Notes: generated by a model from the sequence alone, not told the origin. Positions 34,223-47,214 are shown, counted from the first letter of the stretch. The stretch is 64,000 bases of DNA from Malacoraja senta (GCA_038087875.1 JAXLNO010002317.1:2728001-2792000); one strand, 5' to 3'. Numbers and translations: made by a program.

Positions 34223-35723
34223 AGTCTGGGCAAGTTGGGCCGAATGGCCTGTATCCGCGCTGTATCACTCAATAACAAAGGTTGTTGGAGTAATGGAGAT
34301 ATTAAGGATTGGGTTCTGTGGGAGGTAACTGCAGATGCTGGTTTACACCGAAGATAGACACAAAGTGCTGGAGTAACTCAGCGGGTCAGGCAGCATCTCT
34401 GTGGAGAACGTGGACAGGTACAGATTTACTCCAGCACTTTGTACCTGTCCATGTTCTCCAGAGACGCTGCCTGACCCACTGAGTTACTCCAGCACTTGTA
34501 TCTATAGTTCGGTGTAAACCAGCATCTGCAGTTCCTTCCTGCACAAACCAACCTCCCTTCTATCCATCGCCTCCATCTCCACCTCATGCTGCCTCGGCAA
34601 GACCAGCAGCATAATCAAGGACCAGTCTCACCCCCGGTCACTCCCTCTCCTCCCCTCTCCCATCGGGCAAGAGGTACAGAAGTGTGAAAACGAACGCACA
34701 CCTCAGATTCAGGGACAGTTTCTTCCCGGCTGTTATCAGGCAACTGAACCATCCTCTCACCAACTAGAGAGCGGTCCTGACTAAAAGTCAGTGGATATGT
34801 TTAAGGGAGAGACAGATAGATTGTTTAGTGCGGGTGTCAGGGGTTATGGGGAGAAGGCTAGAGAATGGGGTGAGGAGGGAGAGATAGATCAGCCATGATT
34901 GAATGGCAGAGTGGACTCGATGGGCCGAATGGCCTAATTCTGGTCCTATCACTTGTAACGTGACCTTGTGACCCGCTGCCGACAGTCTCCCCCCATCTTA
35001 CTGCCCTCCGCTGCAGACAACCCCCCTCTCCTCACCCTCTCCCCCTGCCCCCCCGTCTCTCCCCACTCTATCTCCACCATGCACCCCTCTCCCCCACCCC
35101 TCCCTCTCTCACCCCTCTCTCTCTCCCTCCCCCTCTCTCTATTCTCCTGAGCCCCCCTCTCCCCGCCTCTCTATCCCCCCTCTACCCATGTCCCCCCGCC
35201 CCCTCGCTCTCCCCGCCCCCTCTCCCTCTCTCTCACCCTCTCTCCCCCTCTCTCTCTCCCTCTCTCTCCTCTCTACCCCCCCTCATCCCCTGCCCCCTCA
35301 TCCCCTGCCCCCTCCCACCCCTCTCCCTCTCCTCCCCTCCCCCTCTCTCCCCTCCCGCTCCCTCTCTCCCCTCCCGCTCCCTCTCTCCCTCTCTCTACCC
35401 CTCTCGCTCCCCTCTCTCCCCCTCTCTCTCTCTTCCTCTCTCTCTCTCCCCCTCCTCTCTCTCCTCCCCTTTCTCTCTTTCTCCCCGTCTCTCTCTCCCT
35501 CCCACCTCCCCCCATCTCTCTCCCCCTTTTCTCCCCCCCCCTCTCTCTCCCTCTCTCTCTCCCCTTCTCTCTCTCTCCCCCTCTCTCTATCCGCCATCCC
35601 GGGAATTAACTACGCTGCACTCCCTTAATAGCAAGAATGTCCTTCCTCAACTTTGGAGACCAAAACTGCACACAATACTCCAGGTGTGGTCTCACTAGGG
35701 CCCTGTAAAACTGCAGAAGGACA

Positions 35724-35837
35724 AATGCCTCAAAACCCATTGGCCGGCAGTTCATTCTACAGCAAGACAATAATCTCAAACATACTGCTCAAGCAACAAA
35801 GGAGATTTTCAAAACTAAAAAATGGTCAATTCTAGAG
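35724..35837 (+). mobile_element. Tc1-family transposase scrap
   Basis: Translates [38 protein letters not shown], matching the QQDNxxKH catalytic-Asp motif. Confidence 0.75.
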
Positions 35838-36277
35838 AATGGAGCAGCTGGGCTTGTATACTCTGGAGTTTAGAAGGATGAGAGGGTATCTTATTGAAAC
35901 ATATAAGATTATTAAGGGTTTGGACACTCTAGATGTTGGGGGCGTGCAGAACCAGGGGCCACAGTTTAAGAATAAGGGGTCGGCCATTTAGAAGGGAGAC
36001 GAGGAAAAACCTTTTTCCACACAGAGAGTTGTGAATCTGTGGAATTCTCTGCCACAGAAGGCAGTGGAGGCCGATTCACTGGATGTTTTCAACAGAGAGT
36101 TAGATTTAGCTCTTGGGGCTAACGGAATCAGGGATATGGGGAGAAAGCAGGAACGGGGTACTGATTCTGGATGATCAGCCGTGATCATATTGAATGGCGG
36201 TGCTGGCTCAAAAGGTCTACTCCTGCACCTATTTTTCTATGTTTCTGTGTTTCTAAACTTGGTGAAGTGGTACTAAC

Positions 36278-36542
36278 ACTGGACATCGATGCGTTGAGCT
36301 GGGGACTCCTTCAAACCGAGAGAATTCCTCGCGGAGCAGAAATAGTCGCAGTCCCGACCTCTACTGTGGCCCTCAGTGTGTATTCCACACCATCTCCCCG
36401 CAGATCTGTAGACTGAGAGCCACAGAGCTTTCTCCAGCTGTAAGAGTTCACTACAGGGTTGGCCTGTGATTCACACCGCAGTGTGATGTTGTCAGCAGCA
36501 GGAGGGGCTGTGGGAGCTGTGATCTTCACATGATGGGAGCGT
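36278..36542 (-). CDS. Copy B C2 exon X', two 1-bp deletions
   Basis: 265 nt versus 267; ATC-ATGTG versus ATCAATGTG and GGGAC-TGC versus GGGACCTGC; donor GTTAGT. Confidence 0.85.
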
Positions 36543-37466
36543 CTAGAAAGAGAAACATTCCCAGCATCAGACACACACACACAGTGGAGCTCCCTGTATA
36601 NNNNNNNNNNNNNNNNNNNNNNNNNNNNNNNNNNNNNNNNNNNNNNNNNNNNNNNNNNNNNNNNNNNNNNNNNNNNNNNNNNNNNNNNNNNNNNNNNNNN
36701 NNNNNNNNNNNNNNNNNNNNNNNNNNNNNNNNNNNNNNAGATTTTCCCTCCCTCTCTCCCTCCCCCCTCCCTCCCTCTCCCTCTTCCTCTCTCTCTTCCC
36801 CACTCTCCCTCCCTCCCACAGTGCGGCGCTCCCTCCTTCCCTGCACCTCCCTCCCTCCAGGAGAAAACTGCCAACTTGTCACCCTGTATAACACTGCGAG
36901 AGGGAGGGAGGGGGAGAGAGAGGGGAGTGAGAGTGAGATTGGGAGGGAGGGAGAGAGAGATAGAAAGGGAGAGAGTGAGNNNNNNNNNNNNNNNNNNNNN
37001 NNNNNNNNNNNNNNNNNNNNNNNNNNNNNNNNNNNNNNNNNNNNNNNNNNNNNNNNNNNNNNNNNNNNNNNNNNNNNNNNNNNNNNNNNNNNNNNNNNNN
37101 NNNNNNNNNNNNNNNNNNNNNNNNNNNNNNNNNNNNNNNNNNNNGAGTGAGAAAGAGTGTGAGAGGGAGGGAGAGACGGAGTGAGAGAGAGGGAGGGAGT
37201 GACGGAGGGAGGGAGTGAGAAAGTGAGAGAAAGGGTGAGAGAGAGGAAGGGACTAAGAGAGAGATAGTGTGAGAGATAGAGAGAGAGAGGGAGAGACAGA
37301 GAGAGAGAAAGAGGGAGTGAGACAGAGAGAGGGACGGAGAAAGAGAGAGAGAGAGAGGAGAGAGAGAGGGAGAGTTGAGAGAGGGAGGGGCGGTGAAGAG
37401 GGAATGCCGTTCCCTATAACGGGCAATGTTGAAGGGTTTGTGTACGGGATGGTGGGGAATACTCAC

Positions 37467-37745
37467 ACTGGACATTAACAGTGATGGTCTCCGAGTTCAC
37501 AGTTCCAATCCGGTTCCCCGCTGTACAGCGATACCGACCCGCTTGTTGTGGGGTAATTCTGTTGAACACCAGCGTCTGGACCCCGTATCTGTACACATAG
37601 TCATTGCGGTACCAGGAGTAGCTGTTCACGGGTGGATCACTCACACGGCTAACACACGCCAGACTCAGCCGGTCATTCATCTTCACGTTCACCTTCTCTC
37701 CGACCTCCACACCATTGGACTCAATGTGAACACCCTGGGGCTTAT
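37467..37745 (-). CDS. Copy B C2 exon Y, intact
   Basis: 279 nt; KPQGVHI..LACVSRVSDPPVNSYSWYRN..AGRYRCTAGN. Confidence 0.9.
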
Positions 37746-38632
37746 CTGAAACGTTTGGACAGGAAAGGGTTACCCAGGGTTAGACACACACATACAAGCT
37801 CCCTCTCTCGCTCCCTCTCTATCTCCCTCCCTCTCTCTCTCTCTCTCTCTCTCCCTCCCTCTCTCCCTCCTTCCCTCTCTCCCCTCCCTCCTAACCACCC
37901 TAGTTGATTGGGGATACTCAGCATGGTTTAAGTTCCGTTTAGTTGTGAGATACAGCGTGGAAACAGGCCCTTCGGCCCATCGAGTCACCAGCGATCCCCG
38001 CCCACTACTTCTATCCCACACACACTAGAGGTAATTTACAGAAACCAATGAACCTACAAACCCGCACGTCTTTAGAGTGGGAGGAAACCGGAGCACCCGG
38101 AGAAAACCTACGCAGGTCACACACGGGGAGGACGTGCATACTCCATACAGACAGCACTCGTGGTCGGGATGGAACCCGAGTCTCTGGCGCTGTGAGGCAG
38201 CAGCTCTACCCGCTGCGCCACCGGGCCGCCCTTATTCGGGTCGATATAGACAATAGACAACAGACAATAGGTGCAGGAGTAGGCCATTCGGCCCTTCAAA
38301 ACCAGCACCACCATTCAATGTGATCATGGCTGATCATCCCCAATCAGTACCCCCTTCCTGCCTTCTCCCATATCCCGTAACTCCACTATCTTTAAGAGCT
38401 CTATCTAGCTCTCTCTTGAAAGCATCCAGAGAACCTGCCTCCACCGCCCTCTGAGGCAGAGAATTCCACAGACTCACAACTCTCTGTGAGAAAAAGTGTT
38501 TCCTCGTCTCCGTTCTAAATGGCCGACCCTTTATTCTTAAACTGTGGCCCCTGGTTCTGGACTCCCCCAACATGGGGAACATGTTTCTGATGTTGGGGGA
38601 GTCCAGGACATGCAGGAACATGTTCCCGATGT

Positions 38633-41127
38633 TGATGTGTTAATCCTGGCTAAATTGGACCAGTCAGGACTTCTAAAATGGGGCTGAGTTACAGGGCTTG
38701 TTGGGAGATTTGGTCAGATTGGGAATGATCTCTGCAGAGCTGGGACAGGCTGCGAGATGTGCCAGAGAGTCTGGAGCTTAGATACAATTCATATGTAAAA
38801 GGGTTGGGTACCTGCAAGCCTTGACAATCTGATACCAAATGCATAGAATGGATTGGGTGGTTGCAAACTAAATATACATTTGTAAATAAGTTATATATAA
38901 TGTTGCAGACTCTGACTCTGCTGGATGTTTATTGGATGAAGTGTTAAGCCTTGTCTAGAAACCCTGTAAATCAGGGTACATGTTTCAATAGTTGACTTCA
39001 CCCTGAAGTCCGTTAGGAATACAATGTATTGAGCTGTTGTATTATTGGGTTAGGGAGATGTCTGTTATGTATGGGGTTAATCGATATCTGTTATTGGGTA
39101 AGTGTAAGACAACTCCCTGTGTGATTCGGCCCTCAGGTTCAAGACAAGACAAGAGACATTTATTGTCACATGCAGCAAATGGTGCAGTGAAATTTGTGGT
39201 CACCATACAGCCATGCGAATAAAAAGAGAACAGAACACGATAGTCTTTAACATAAACATCCCCACACAGCGGAATCAAAGTTTCCCACTGGGTCGGTGGG
39301 GGCGCTGCAAGCCGGCAGCCCTGCCAGCAGCGTGTCCGTTTTTTCTACTTTTTTAAATGTTTTAAGTGTTTAAATGTATGTTTTTAATGTTTCTCTGTGT
39401 GTCTTGTGTGGGGGGGGGTAAGGGGGAAAACTGCTTCGGTCGCCTCCTCCATGGAGAGGCGACGTTTTCCATGTCGCCTCCCCCGTGGCCTAACATCGAG
39501 GATCGGTGCGGCCTTTCCTGGAGACGCGCCCGGGGCTTCAGCCGCGGGCGCAGCGTGGACTCTCGGCGTGGAGCGGGCAAGCCCTCGCCGGAGGGGAGCG
39601 CTCCGTTCTCTGGCCCGCGGCAGCCTGCAGCTCCAGCTGGTGCGGCGACCGGAGCCTGGGATCCCTCGTTGGGGACCCGGGAGAAGAAGAGCTCCGACCA
39701 CCGGCCCGCGGCCTACTTCTACCGCGGGCACGGCGTGGACTTACCATCAGGAGCGGGGTCCCTCGCCGGGAATCCCTGGAGGGGAGTTTCGACTGCCGGC
39801 CCTGCGGTCTGCAGTGCTTCTGGCTGCAGCGCGGCGGGAACTTTAAATCTTCGACCGCCGGCAACCTGAAGCCGCGGTCTCCGGTGGGGAGGCACTGATT
39901 CAGGACTTACCTGGACTTTTTACCTTGTCTACTCATCTGGATGCCCGCAGCGGCGGCTGCGGAGGGTTGAGGTCCCGACCACGGGGGGAAATGGAGGAGG
40001 ACTGGCCAAATGTTGTGCCTTCCACCACAGTGATGAATGCTGTGGTGGATGTTTGTGTTACATTTTTATTGTGTTTTTGTGTGTTCTTTATCATTGTACC
40101 GCTGCTGGCAAATTCATTTCACTTGCACTTTATGTGCAAGTGAGGAATAAAACTGATTGATTGATTGATTGATTGTGAGGGAAGGCCCAAAGTTCAGTCA
40201 TCCTCCTCTTTGATGTTCTTTGATGTTCACCCGTGGTCGGGGCCTCCCGAAGCCCCCACAGTCGCCACTACGGGTGGCCCGATGTTCAGGCCCTCTCGCC
40301 GGGATGATGGAAATCCGACGTCGGAATGGGAGAACATCCTCAGCGGCTTGGAGCTCCGAATCGGCCACTTCTTACTGGAGTCCGCGGCTCCCAAAGTCCA
40401 CAGGCCACGCTGGGTGGAGATTCACGCTGGCGGCCCTTGGTAAAGGGATCCCAGGACTCCGCGATGTTGAAGTCAGTGCCGCCCGCACTGGAAGCTCTAC
40501 AAACCACAGCTCCGCGATGTTGAAGCAGCAGGCCCAACACACCGGAGCTTCAAACGGCGATCCCAGGTAAGGCATCGCCCGCTCCGCGGTGAATCCAGTG
40601 CTGCGCCGCTGCTGAAGCTCTGGCCGGTCCCCGGCAGGAAAGGCCGCACCAATCCAGTTGGTAGGCCGCGAGGGGGCGAGGACGCACTCGGAGAATAGTC
40701 GCATCCTCGCCAGGAAGTGACTGGGAAACGGTTTCCTCCTTATCCTACCTCCCTGCCCCACATAGAAAAACTAACGAAACCTCCACAACATACTTTCAAA
40801 ACAGACCAAAAATTTAAAAAAGATGGAAAAACAGACAGACTGCAGGCAGAGGCTGCCATCATGCGGCGCCCCCTAGTGGTTCACGGGGCATATAAAAGAC
40901 GGTGATCACGAGGTTCATGGTCGATCTTCAGGAGAACTTCTGGAGTGTCTCTGTCTACGCGAGGTCTAGAGGGTTTGACTAGACAGAAGCAGGGATCGAA
41001 CCCGCGGTGGGGATAGTGGGTACAGTGTATGATCTGTGATCAAATAAACGTTAGTCTTTTCAAGTGCTTGATTCAGTGTTTTTACTGAAACTAGACTGGG
41101 GGGAAGCTCAGAATGGAGCAATTATCA
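38633..41127 (+). mobile_element. Probable solo LTR (about 750 bp net) interrupted by a 1.7-kb insert
   Basis: TGAT..ATCA termini, TATAAAA 40891-40897, AATAAA 41043-41048; splits a CR1 sequence at CCGATGT / GGGGGGGGTCCAGAACC; no clear target-site duplication. Confidence 0.55.
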
Positions 41128-41518
41128 GGGGGGGGTCCAGAACCAGGGGCCTCACACAGTTTAAGAATAAGGGGTCGGCCATTTAGAACGGAGATGAGGA
41201 AACACTTTTTCACACAGAGAGTTGTGAGTCTGTGGAATTCTCTGCCTCAGAGGGCGGTGGAGGCCGGTTCTCTGGATACTCTCAAGAGAGGGCCAGATTG
41301 GGCTCTTAAAGATAGCGGAGTCAGGGGATATGGGGAGAAGGCAGGAACAGGGTACTGATTGTGGATGATCAGCCATGATTACATTGAATGGCGGTGCTGT
41401 CTCGAAGGGCCAAATGGCCTACTCCTGCACCTATTGTCTATTGTTTCCTGCCTCTCGCGTGTCCGATCCCTCGGCGTTGAACTTTATCTCGGGAAGACGT
41501 AGTCTGCGGGATACTCAC

Positions 41519-41798
41519 GCTTGCCAGTCACTGTGACTTCCTCAGATCGGCTGCTTCCCATTGCGTTGGTGGCTTGGCACACGTACTTCCCGAAATCCGC
41601 GTAGGATATGGATGGAAACTCGAGATCGTGATTGCTTATCCTGTGGATTTCCGCTCCGTTTCTGTACCAGGTGTAGCTCTGGACTGGTGGATCCGCTGCA
41701 GTTGAACTACAGCTGAGAAGAACTCTGTCCTCTTCACTCAAACTGCGGTCGATCAACCCGTTTACTCTCAGCGAGACCTTGACGTTTCGGGGGTGGGT
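41519..41798 (-). CDS. Copy B C2 domain 6 (absent from copy A), apparent +1 insertion near its 5' end
   Basis: TTTCAG|ACC acceptor, AAG C|GTGAGT donor, 280 nt (3n+1; five-C run where YPPRNV needs four). LLSCSSTAADPPVQSYTWYRNG..DFGKYVCQATNAMG. Confidence 0.85.
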
Positions 41799-42161
41799 CT
41801 GAAAACACAGAGAGAGACACACACAGAGATAATAGACAATAGGTGCAGGAGTAGGGCCCTTCAGCCCTTCGAGCCAGAACCGTCATTCAATGTGATCATG
41901 GCTGATCATCCCCAATCAGTACCCTGTTCCTGCCTTCTCCCCATATCCCTGACCCCGCCATCTTTAAGAGCCCTATCTAGCTCTCTCTTGAAAGGGGAGA
42001 GGGGGTGTAGGGGCCGGAGGGGAGGGGAGGGGTTACAGAGACAGGGAGGGGTGTAGGGGCCCGAGAGAGAGGGGAGAGGGTTACAGGGACATGGAGGTGT
42101 GCGGTCAGACACATACAGACATATTATGAAGGGGGGGAGGGGTACATATTCGGCGACTTAC

Positions 42162-42458
42162 ACTTGAAGTCCAGCGATCTCGCTGTTCGGACGGAAGAGG
42201 TCCTGGTAACAAATGTGGCCTTGCACGAAACCGACCACTGTCTTTCGTCGGAGCTGGGCATGAATTCCACCTCGCTGGAGTGGATCCAGTGCTGGTCCCG
42301 GTAAACGACGCGGGTCACGGCAGGGCGGTGGGGAGGGGGCTGCCAGAGGAGGAGGGGAACGTCGTCCGCGCAGTAACTGTGCAGGGAGCAGGTCAGAGAC
42401 ACCGCCCTCCCCTCCACCACCTGTCCTGGGTCGCCGATCTCCGGTGTTTCCAGCTCTC
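42162..42458 (-). CDS. Copy B C2 domain 5, intact
   Basis: 297 nt, CACTAG|GAG acceptor, AAG T|GTAAGT donor. Confidence 0.9.
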
Positions 42459-42479
42459 CTAGTGAAGGAACGACAAGTT

Positions 42480-43215
42480 TAAGCTTCACATCTGTGGAGT
42501 CGTTTAAGTTCCTGGGAACCATCATTTCCAAGGACCTTAAAATGGGGGGGCCACCATCGACTCCACAGTCAAAAATTCCCGGGATGGTGGAACTGTCATA
42601 TCCTGAGAGAATGGAGCGGCTGGGCTTGTATATAGGAGCAAAGAGGTCCTTCTGCAATTGTACAGGGCCCTAGTGAGACCACACCTGCAGTATTGTGTGC
42701 AGTTTTGGTCTCCTAATTTGAGGAAGGACATTCTTGCTATTGAGGGAGCCCAGCGTAGGTTCAACAGGTTCATTCCCAGGATGGCGGGACTGTCATATGC
42801 TGAGAGAATGGAGCGGCTGGGCTTGTATACTCTGGAGTTTAGAAGGATGAGAGGGATTCTTATTGAAACATATAAGATTATGAAGGGTTTGGACACGCTA
42901 GAGGCAGGAAACATGTTCCCGATGTTGGGGGAGTCCAGAACCAAGGGCCAGTTTAAGAATAAGGGGTAAGCCATTTAGAACGGAGACGTGGAAACACTTT
43001 TTCTCACAGAGAGCTGTGAATCTGTGGAATTCTCTGCCGATTCACTGGATGCTTTCAAGAGAGAGCTGGATAGGGCTCTTAAAGATAGCGGAGTCAGGGG
43101 ATATGGGGAGAAGGCAGGAACGGGGTACTGATTGTGGATGATCAGCCATGATCACATTGAATGGCAGTGCCGGCTCGAAGGGCCGAATGGCCTACTCCTG
43201 CACATATTGTCCATT
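42480..43215 (+). mobile_element. CR1 3' fragment
   Basis: ORF 42658-42969 and the CR1 3' UTR. Confidence 0.82.
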
Positions 43216-44723
43216 GTCTATTCTTTACATATTTAAATTATAATGTTTTATGTTTAATTGTCTACTGTATATCGTGTTGTTACTTGTGAGTGGAGCACCA
43301 AGGCAAACTCCTTGTATGTGTATATACTTGGCCAATAAAATTTATTCAATTCAATTATTCAATAAGGTCATAAGCAAAGGTGCAGAATGGAGTTGCAGGG
43401 AGATAAGGTGGTCAACAAGACCTTTGGCACTTTGGCCTTCATCTAAGGCCACATTTAAAGTATTGTGTTCCGTTCTGGGCACCGTTATAGGAAAGATGTT
43501 TAGTTTGGTTCCGTTTATTTTAGTTTAGAGATACAGCGTGGAAACAGGCCCTTCGGCCCTTCTAGCCCCTTGGAGTGTGGGAGTTCCTTGTTTCTACAGG
43601 GAACAACATTTATTTCAAGAGGACTGGAATACAAACACAGGGATGTAATGCTGAGGCTTTATAAGGCGCTGGTCAAGCCACATTTGGAATATTGAGAGGA
43701 ATTTTGGGCCCCATATCTGAGGAAGGATGTGCCGGCTCTGGAGAGGGTCCAGAGGAGATTTACAAGAACGATCCCAGGAATGAGTGGGTTAGCGTACGAT
43801 GAACGTTTGTCGGCACTGGGCCTGTACTCGCTGGAGTTTAGAAGAACGAGGGGGGGGGGGGATTCATTGAAACGTCACCGAATAATGAAAGGCCCGGATA
43901 GAGTGGATGTGGAGAGGATGTTTCCACTAGTGGGAGAGTCTGGGACCAGAGGGCAAAGCCTCAGAATTAAAGGACGTTCTGTTAGGAAGCAGATGAGGAG
44001 GAATTTCTTCAGTCAGAGGGGGGTGAATCTGTGGAATTCTTTGCCACAGACGGCAGTGAAGGCCACAAGTCAGTGGATATTTTTAAGGTAGAGAGAGATT
44101 CTTGATTATTACGGGTGTCAGAGGTTATGGGGAGAAGGCAGGAAAATGGGGTTGGGAGGGAGAGATAGATCGGCCATGATTGAATGGCGGAGTAGTTTAG
44201 ATGGGACAAATGGCCTAATTCTGCTCCTATAACGTGAGGATCGTCCAACTGACCTATGGTTGCCAACTGTCCCGTATTAGTGGGACATCCGTACATTGGC
44301 CTATAAATTGGTTTGTCCCATACGGGACCGCCCTTGTCCCGTGTTTGACTGCTACTACTCGGGTCGAGGGGACTGTTGGGTCGGAGCGCCGCGTGCGGCC
44401 CTGCCTCGCCCATCCCCGACATAGCGCAGCCCATGGAGTGCAGCAGCAGCAGCAGCAGCGCCTCGCCCGTGGCCCCGTCGGTCGGTCGGCAGCCCGGCCA
44501 GCTGTCCGACCTTCGGACCTTCGCTGACCGCCGACACCACCACCACCACCACCCCCCCTCCTTCTCATGGGCCGATCATCGATTCACGAGTTGGACGGGG
44601 ACGCCGGACTTTGCCCCCCAGGCCAAAACTCCTCAGCTGGCCCGCCGGCTGGGCTTTGTGTACAGTCCAGCACCCGGGGCCAACTCATCATTCACCCAGC
44701 CACGGCAGAGTCGGCCAACTCAC

Positions 44724-45065
44724 CTGACACTAGGAGATTTACGCCGATGGGATCCGACCATTTATCTGAGCCTTCAAGGCGGAAGAAATATTTCCCACTA
44801 TCTGACGAACCTAGGTTCTGGATCTTCAATGAACAGTTTTGATCTTCCATGCTACCCAGAAAGTGCACCCGTCGTTTATAATCGGCCCCACTCTCGCCTG
44901 AGGTGGTGTACACACGTGTCCCGCTGTAGTTGTCGTCTTTCAACCAAATGCCGGTCCAGGGACCAGGCTTGTCCCCGGGCACACGGAAGCGACACGGGAT
45001 TGTCACACAACTCCCAACGCGGGCTCGGACGGAGACGGGGGTCCACACCGCCCAGCCGGAGACCC
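44724..45065 (-). CDS. Copy B internal V-set domain 4, intact
   Basis: 342 nt; GSCVTIPCRF..QNCSLKI..YFFRLE..KWS. Confidence 0.92.
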
Positions 45066-45530
45066 CTGAAAGAAACCAGAGGCAGAGTGAGACAAAGGGA
45101 GACAAAACCAGGCCAACCCAGCCTCGCAGTGATGGGTTCGATCCCGACCACGGGTGCTGCCAGTGCGGAGTTTGCACGTCCTCCCCGTGACCCGCGCGAG
45201 TTTTCTCCGGGCGCTCCGGTTCCCCCCCCCACTCCAAAGACGTGCGGGTTTGTCAGTTAATTGACTTGCCGTAAAATGTGTGTAAAAAAAAAAGTTGTCC
45301 CAAGCATGTGTAGGATAGTGTTAGTGTGCGGGGATCGCTGGTCGGCGTGGACTCGGGGGTAGGATAGTGTTAGTGTGGGGATTGCTGGTCGCCATGGGCC
45401 GAAGGGCCTGTTTCCGCACTGTATCTCTAAACTAAACTAGTGTGTGAACGGGCGATCGCTGGTCGGCACAGACTCGATGGGCTGAAGGGCCTGTTTCCGC
45501 GCTGTATCTCTAAACTAAATTACTACGAAC

Positions 45531-45806
45531 CGTAAACGGGCAGCTTGGTTTTCTCGGAGGTCGTTGGTCCAACTGAATTGACGGCTTCACACCAGTAATC
45601 TGTGTCTTTAGTTAGTTGGTCGATCTTGATCTTGTTTGTAGACGTCTGTGTTTCAGTCGTCTGGGATGATCCAGACCTAGTCTGGTGCCACCTGTAACTT
45701 GTAACTGGAGGATTACTAGACCCCACTGTACATCTGAGGGATAGAAAACTCACTCCAGGAGATAACGTGAAGGGAGAGAGGGTCAGGAGAACAGATCTGG
45801 GGGCAT
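45531..45806 (-). CDS. Copy B C2 domain 3, intact
   Basis: 276 nt; LRCTVGSSNPPVTSYRW..YWCEAVN; donor GTTCGT. Confidence 0.88.
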
Positions 45807-46926
45807 CTGTGAAAACAAAAAGTATTTAAACCCTAATGAGCCGGGGAACGCAGTGGGGCGATNNNNNNNNNNNNNNNNNNNNNNNNNNNNNNNNNNNNNN
45901 NNNNNNNNNNNNNNNNNNNNNNNNNNNNNNNNNNNNNNNNNNNNNNNNNNNNNNNNNNNNNNNNNNNNNNNNNNNNNNNNNNNNNNNNNNNNNNNNNNNN
46001 NNNNNNNNNNNNNNNNNNNNNNNNNNNNNNNNNNNNCCCTCCCTCCCCCCTGCAGTGCATAAGTGATAGGAGCAGAATTAGGCCATTTCCACGAAGGGCC
46101 CGTTTCCACGCTGTTTCTCTAAACTAAACTAAAACAAACATACCATAATACCTTTTTTACTCCTCTATTTGTTGGGTCGTCACATTCAGGACGTTCTGGA
46201 TTTTGTCCAGAACACTGTTCAAGATCTTGCCATTAATTCCAAATTTTCCCCAAACATTTGACCTCCCAAAATGCAACACCTCACACTTGCTCGAATTAAA
46301 CTTCATCTGCCATTGCTCTGCCCATTTTTGTATCTGATCTATACCCCGTAGATCGGCATCGAGTGACACAGTGTGGAAACAGGCCCTTCGGCCCCACACC
46401 GGCCAACATGCCCCATCTACACTCGTCCCATCTGCCCGTGTTTGGCCCATATCCCTCCAAACCTGTCCTATCCATGTAACTGTCCAACTGTTTCTTAAAC
46501 GTTGGGATAGTCCCAGCCTCAACTACCTTCCCCGGCAGCTCTTTCCATACACCCACCACCCTTTGTGTGGAAAGGTTACCCCTCAGATTCCTACTAAATC
46601 TTTTCCCCTTCACCTTGAACCCATGTCCTCTGGTCCTCGATTCCCCTACTCTGGGAAATGTAAATGGATAGGACAGAGAGAGAGAGAGAGAGAGAGGGAG
46701 AGACAGAAAGTGCAAGAGAGAGAGAGGGGAAGGAGGGAGAGAGAGAAAGAAAGCGTGAGAGAGAAACAGAGAGAGCAAGCAATGTAGAGAGACAAAGGAT
46801 GGAGAGAAGTTGGGGAGAGAAATAGAGAGAGAGAGAGAGGGGAGAGAAAGTGAGGGAGGAGAGAGAGAGAGAGAGAGAGAGAGAGGGAAGAGAGAGAGAG
46901 GATGTTGCCATGACTGTGTGACTCAC

Positions 46927-47214
46927 AGTTGACGATCAAGGTGACGTTTTTCCCTGCAGACTCTCCGGGTGAATGGACACATGTCAAAGACCTCCCGTGG
47001 TCTTGATAGGAAGCCACGAAGCTCAGAGTGAGGCTGGTAGTCCAGGAGTTCTCAGCTGATCCTGGAGTTTCGGTCTCAGAGACTGGATCTAAACCATCCA
47101 TCCCTCTCCATCTCAGGTGACCAGGGCAGGCGAACTTTACCGAGCAGGTTAGCACCACCTCATTTCCCTCAGTCGTCTCCTCTGGTGAGGAAATGGTCAA
47201 CAACCTGGATTCAT
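46927..47214 (-). CDS. Copy B C2 domain 2, intact
   Basis: 288 nt, phase 1-1; DESRLLTISSPEE..LTCSVKFACPGHLRW..LTCVH. Confidence 0.9.

Noticed and set aside
39362-40905. Cluster of 100-170-aa Arg/Pro/Gly-rich ORFs
   Set aside because: They occur in all frames of GC-rich repeat elements and are not conserved between family members.
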